Assembly (NCBI GenBank): GCA_903825395.1
Contig: CAIKAF010000004.1
Coordinates: forward strand, 5,728 to 69,727
DNA length: 64,000 nt
Reading direction: 5' to 3'
From: an uncultured Flavobacteriales bacterium
GTDB lineage: Bacteria > Bacteroidota > Bacteroidia > CAIKAF01
A program made the translations under genes and the position numbers. Below the pieces are notes generated by a model. It saw only the letters and a program-made list of their open reading frames with translations, searched no databases and was not told the origin of the DNA. This document shows, in pieces, positions 60,426 through 64,000 of this stretch; positions within the stretch are counted from its first letter, which is position 1, and the number at the start of each line of letters is the position of its first letter.

Positions 60426-63005
60426 ATGAACCTGCATGCCCTCCTCTTCTTACTGGTGCTTTGCCCTGGCTTTCTATTCGCGCAAACTACCATTGTTCGG
60501 GGTATCGTTTACGATGGAGACCCCTCCGTAGCAAAAAAAACGCCCCTAATTGGAGCCAACGTTCTACTAAAAGGAACCCAAATTGGAGCCATTACAGATT
60601 TAGAAGGCCGTTTTGAACTGAAAACAGATCAAAAGCCCAGCTACCTCCGAATTCAAATGCTGAATTACGCCGACACCCTGATTAAAATCCGGCCCGGAAC
60701 CATTAATGAGGTCAAATTAACCCTCCCCATGACCGGAATTTCCATCAAGGAATTCAATTTCAAATACAAACGAACCCGAAATCCAGCCCTGGTTGTTATC
60801 GACTCCGTTAAAAAATACAGAAGAGAAAATGACCCCTTCCGCTTTGAAAGCGTTGAAGCTACTGTATATGTTAAAAATAAGCTGGATGCCTACAATCTGC
60901 CCGAGAAAATTCGGAAATCGAAGGTGGGTAAAATCTTCCAATCCTTTTATGACCTTGGCTACCAAGACACCCTCCGCGGAGACACTACGGTCTATTACCC
61001 TTTCATGCTCATTGAAATGGTTTCAAATATCCACCGAAAAAGAGGGTTCTCCATTCGTGAAGTAATCCACAAATTCGAAATTACTGGAGTAGAAAACGAC
61101 AACTTTGCCACCATGCTGGGGGCTACTTTTCAAAATTTTAATTTCTACGACGACAATCAACTAATCCTCGGAAAAAACTTCGTGGGCCCATTGTCTCCGT
61201 TCGGATCCGCATACTATAAATACGTGCTGGAAGACTCCCTGATGATTGGCAACATGCGCTGCTACCAGATTTCCTTCCGCCCCCTAGATGCCGTCCCACG
61301 CGAAATGGTCTACGACGGCAAAATGTGGGTGCACGATAAAACATGGGGCGTTCGAAAGGTGGAATTAAAAATGAACCGAAAAGCAAATGTGAATTTCATC
61401 GCCGGATTCCGCATTTCTCAAGAATTTGAACTCGATAGCGCCAACAATACATGGATTCTTCGCCGCGATGACGCCTCCCTTGATATTAACCCAAAAGATT
61501 TTGTTGACTTCACCCTGAATATCGGCGATAAAGACACCAATTATCAAATCGTTCTACACCGAACTCGCCACTTTAAAAATTACATCTACAATCAGTCCCC
61601 CTCCGCTATTTTCCCAACACCAGGGGCAGAAATCACCATTTTAAACAATGTCCACAAAAGCAAAGCCGAATGGGATTCATTACGGCCCATCTCTTTATCT
61701 GCATCCGAAGGTAAAATCGATAGCATCACCGAAGACCTAAAGCGCAACACCATCTTTCGATCCATTTACCGGATTGGAGATCTGGTAGCCTCAGGATTTT
61801 GGAATTTTGGATGGTTTGGAATTGGCCCCATTTATGAACTTTGGTCAATGAACGAAATCGAAGGCCATCGAATTAAGTTTGGCGGCAGAACCTCCGATTC
61901 CATCTCTAAACGCTTTTTCCTAGAATCCCATATCATTTATGGAACCTTAGACCAACGATTTAAATGGGATTTCTCAGGAATATATCACATCAATAAAGAC
62001 AAAGATCCCTGGCGAATGATCGGTTGGAAATTCCGACAAGACGTGGAACAACTCGGCCTTTCTACCAACCAATGGCGCCCCGATAACCTGCTAGGCACTT
62101 TCCTCCGCCGCCGACGCCTAGCCGATCTGTCTTACATCGACGAAGGGTTTGCCTATTATGAACACGATTGGTTCACCGGACTCAATAGCAAAATCACCCT
62201 CAATTGGATGCGCGTATACGATACCGGAACCCTACGCTTTGGCTTGCTTGATCAACAAAATCAAATTTATAAATACGAAAACAACTTCGCCCGAGCAGAA
62301 ATGCGCCTGGAAACCGAATTCGCCTATGGCCAACAATGGCTCCGTGGACGCGTAAAACGACGCGCCCTTCGAGGCGAATACCCCGTTGTGAAACTGGAAT
62401 ATACCCTTGGCGTCAGCGGAGTCCTCGGATCCGATTACAATTACCATGCGCTACGCTGCTCCATCGCCGACCGATTCCGCGTCCGACCCCTTGGATACAC
62501 GGATTGGGAAATCAAAGCCGGGAAAATATTCGGCGTGGTTCCATACCCCCTCATGGAAATCCACCTTGGAAACGACACCTACATGTTCGACCGATTTGGC
62601 TTCAACCTGATGAACTACTTCGAATTCGTCAGCGACCAATGGGTGACCGTTCGATTTGAACACTTTTTTGACGGCCTGTTTTTCAATAAAATTCCCGGAC
62701 TTAGAAAGCTGAAGTGGAGAGAAACTGTAGGCGTTAGAGCCGTCGTTGGCAGCATCAGTGAAGCAAATCGACAACACATGGCCTTGCCCCCAAACACCTA
62801 CGAGTTGGTCGACCAACGCACCGGAAGCATCATGCCCTACGTCGAAATGAACGTCGGAATAGAAAATATTTTCAATGTACTTCGGTTTGACTTTCACTAT
62901 CGATTTACCCATCAAAATGGTCCAGACCCTTTAAATCCAGGGAAAGAACTCTACCCAGGAGCCCCCAACTGGGGAATCACCGCCCAAATTTCAGTGAAAA
63001 TTTAA
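60426..63005 (+). CDS. DUF5686 outer-membrane protein with carboxypeptidase-regulatory-like domain
   Basis: GANV...TDLEGRF; NEIEGHR; [13 protein letters not shown]; GIENIF. Confidence 0.85.
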   Translation: MNLHALLFLLVLCPGFLFAQTTIVRGIVYDGDPSVAKKTPLIGANVLLKGTQIGAITDLEGRFELKTDQKPSYLRIQMLNYADTLIKIRPGTINEVKLTLPMTGISIKEFNFKYKRTRNPALVVIDSVKKYRRENDPFRFESVEATVYVKNKLDAYNLPEKIRKSKVGKIFQSFYDLGYQDTLRGDTTVYYPFMLIEMVSNIHRKRGFSIREVIHKFEITGVENDNFATMLGATFQNFNFYDDNQLILGKNFVGPLSPFGSAYYKYVLEDSLMIGNMRCYQISFRPLDAVPREMVYDGKMWVHDKTWGVRKVELKMNRKANVNFIAGFRISQEFELDSANNTWILRRDDASLDINPKDFVDFTLNIGDKDTNYQIVLHRTRHFKNYIYNQSPSAIFPTPGAEITILNNVHKSKAEWDSLRPISLSASEGKIDSITEDLKRNTIFRSIYRIGDLVASGFWNFGWFGIGPIYELWSMNEIEGHRIKFGGRTSDSISKRFFLESHIIYGTLDQRFKWDFSGIYHINKDKDPWRMIGWKFRQDVEQLGLSTNQWRPDNLLGTFLRRRRLADLSYIDEGFAYYEHDWFTGLNSKITLNWMRVYDTGTLRFGLLDQQNQIYKYENNFARAEMRLETEFAYGQQWLRGRVKRRALRGEYPVVKLEYTLGVSGVLGSDYNYHALRCSIADRFRVRPLGYTDWEIKAGKIFGVVPYPLMEIHLGNDTYMFDRFGFNLMNYFEFVSDQWVTVRFEHFFDGLFFNKIPGLRKLKWRETVGVRAVVGSISEANRQHMALPPNTYELVDQRTGSIMPYVEMNVGIENIFNVLRFDFHYRFTHQNGPDPLNPGKELYPGAPNWGITAQISVKI

Positions 63006-63006
63006 G

Positions 63007-63747
63007 ATGAATCTGCGCACGGAACACCTGGAAAAATCCTACCGAAACCGCATGGTGGTTAACCAGGTGAGCATTGAAGTCAACCAAGGAGAAATTGTAG
63101 GCCTTTTGGGGCCAAACGGAGCTGGAAAAACCACCACCTTTTACATGGTGACAGGCATGATTGCTCCCGATGCCGGACGGATTTTCCTCAACGACCTGGA
63201 TATTACAAATTTACCCATGTACCAGCGAGCCCGTAAAGGAATTGGGTATTTGCCACAAGAAGCATCCGTATTCCGACGCCTTAGCGTTGAAGACAATATT
63301 TTGGCCGTTCTTGAACACATGCCCCTCAGCAAAGCCGAACAACGTGAACGCTGCGAAACCTTACTGAACGAATTTGGCCTATATCGCGTTCGAAAAACCA
63401 AGGGAAATCTCCTCTCAGGCGGAGAACGCCGCCGCACAGAAATTGCTCGTGCACTCGCAACCAACCCCGGATTTATTCTGCTGGACGAACCCTTTGCCGG
63501 CGTCGACCCCATCGCCGTAGAAGACATCCAATCCATCGTCTATTCTCTAAAAGAACGCAACATCGGCATCCTCATCACCGATCACAACGTCCAAGAAACG
63601 CTTTCCATCACCGATCGGGCATACCTGCTGTTCGAAGGAAAAATCCTTAAAGCCGGTACCGCCAGCGAACTGGCCAACGATGAACAGGTGCGCCGCGTGT
63701 ATCTAGGACAAAATTTCGTGCTCAGCCAACGAACGCCTCGAAGCTAA
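63007..63747 (+). CDS. lptB: LPS export ABC transporter ATP-binding protein
   Basis: [42 protein letters not shown]. Confidence 0.96.
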   Translation: MNLRTEHLEKSYRNRMVVNQVSIEVNQGEIVGLLGPNGAGKTTTFYMVTGMIAPDAGRIFLNDLDITNLPMYQRARKGIGYLPQEASVFRRLSVEDNILAVLEHMPLSKAEQRERCETLLNEFGLYRVRKTKGNLLSGGERRRTEIARALATNPGFILLDEPFAGVDPIAVEDIQSIVYSLKERNIGILITDHNVQETLSITDRAYLLFEGKILKAGTASELANDEQVRRVYLGQNFVLSQRTPRS

Positions 63748-63884
63748 ATCAAATCGGCAGCCGGACGCTTCCTCTAGGATGTCTAATCTTATACCGCAAA
63801 ACAAAGCACCACTCCTTACTCCTTAACCGAGAGCCATCTGCCTTGCGCTCTTTATCCTTCCTGACCTGTCCATTTCCACATCCC

Positions 63885-63993
63885 CTCTGTGCCCTTTGCG
63901 CCAACATGGTGATCTCTGTGGTAAAAAAACACCAAGGCCCAACGGCCATTTTTCACCACTAAGACCACAAAGGGAGCCGCAATGTGCGCAAAG
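63885..63993. repeat. Divergent doublet of ACCAC-initiated heptamer repeats
   Basis: Minus strand ACCACAGAG-AT-CACCATG-TTGG-CGCAAAG-GG-CACAGAG; plus strand ACCACTAAG-AC-CACAAAG-GGAGC-CGCAATG-TG-CGCAAAG. Confidence 0.6.
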
Positions 63994-64000
63994 GAGCCCC

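Overview
Bacteroidota chromosome segment (T9SS translocon sprA, T9SS-secreted proteins, TANNTTTG promoters). It is mostly housekeeping and envelope genes (uppP, ftsX, maf, lipB, tatD, ruvA, lpdA, rsgA, valS, deoC, lptB, tRNA-Ser, tRNA-Gln). Two non-coding systems stand out. (1) A small AT-rich island at about 44.85-47.3 kb holds two integron-like gene cassettes: a J-domain/KTSC fusion and a DUF4160/DUF2442-HTH toxin-antitoxin pair. Each cassette is bounded by its own perfect 10-bp GTT...AAC inverted repeat, and attC-like hairpins follow them. The array lies beside an IS91-family HUH transposase remnant, and no integrase is present in the window. (2) Five dispersed 142-144 bp copies of a long hairpin element show constant length, clear base-pair covariation, tandem G-A motifs and stable tetraloops; it may be an extended relative of the Flavo-1 motif. 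Also seen: a GTAG REP doublet, an inverted heptamer-repeat doublet, a HemC-like protein lacking catalytic residues, and many probable leaderless genes. All family calls come from motif recognition, not database searches.
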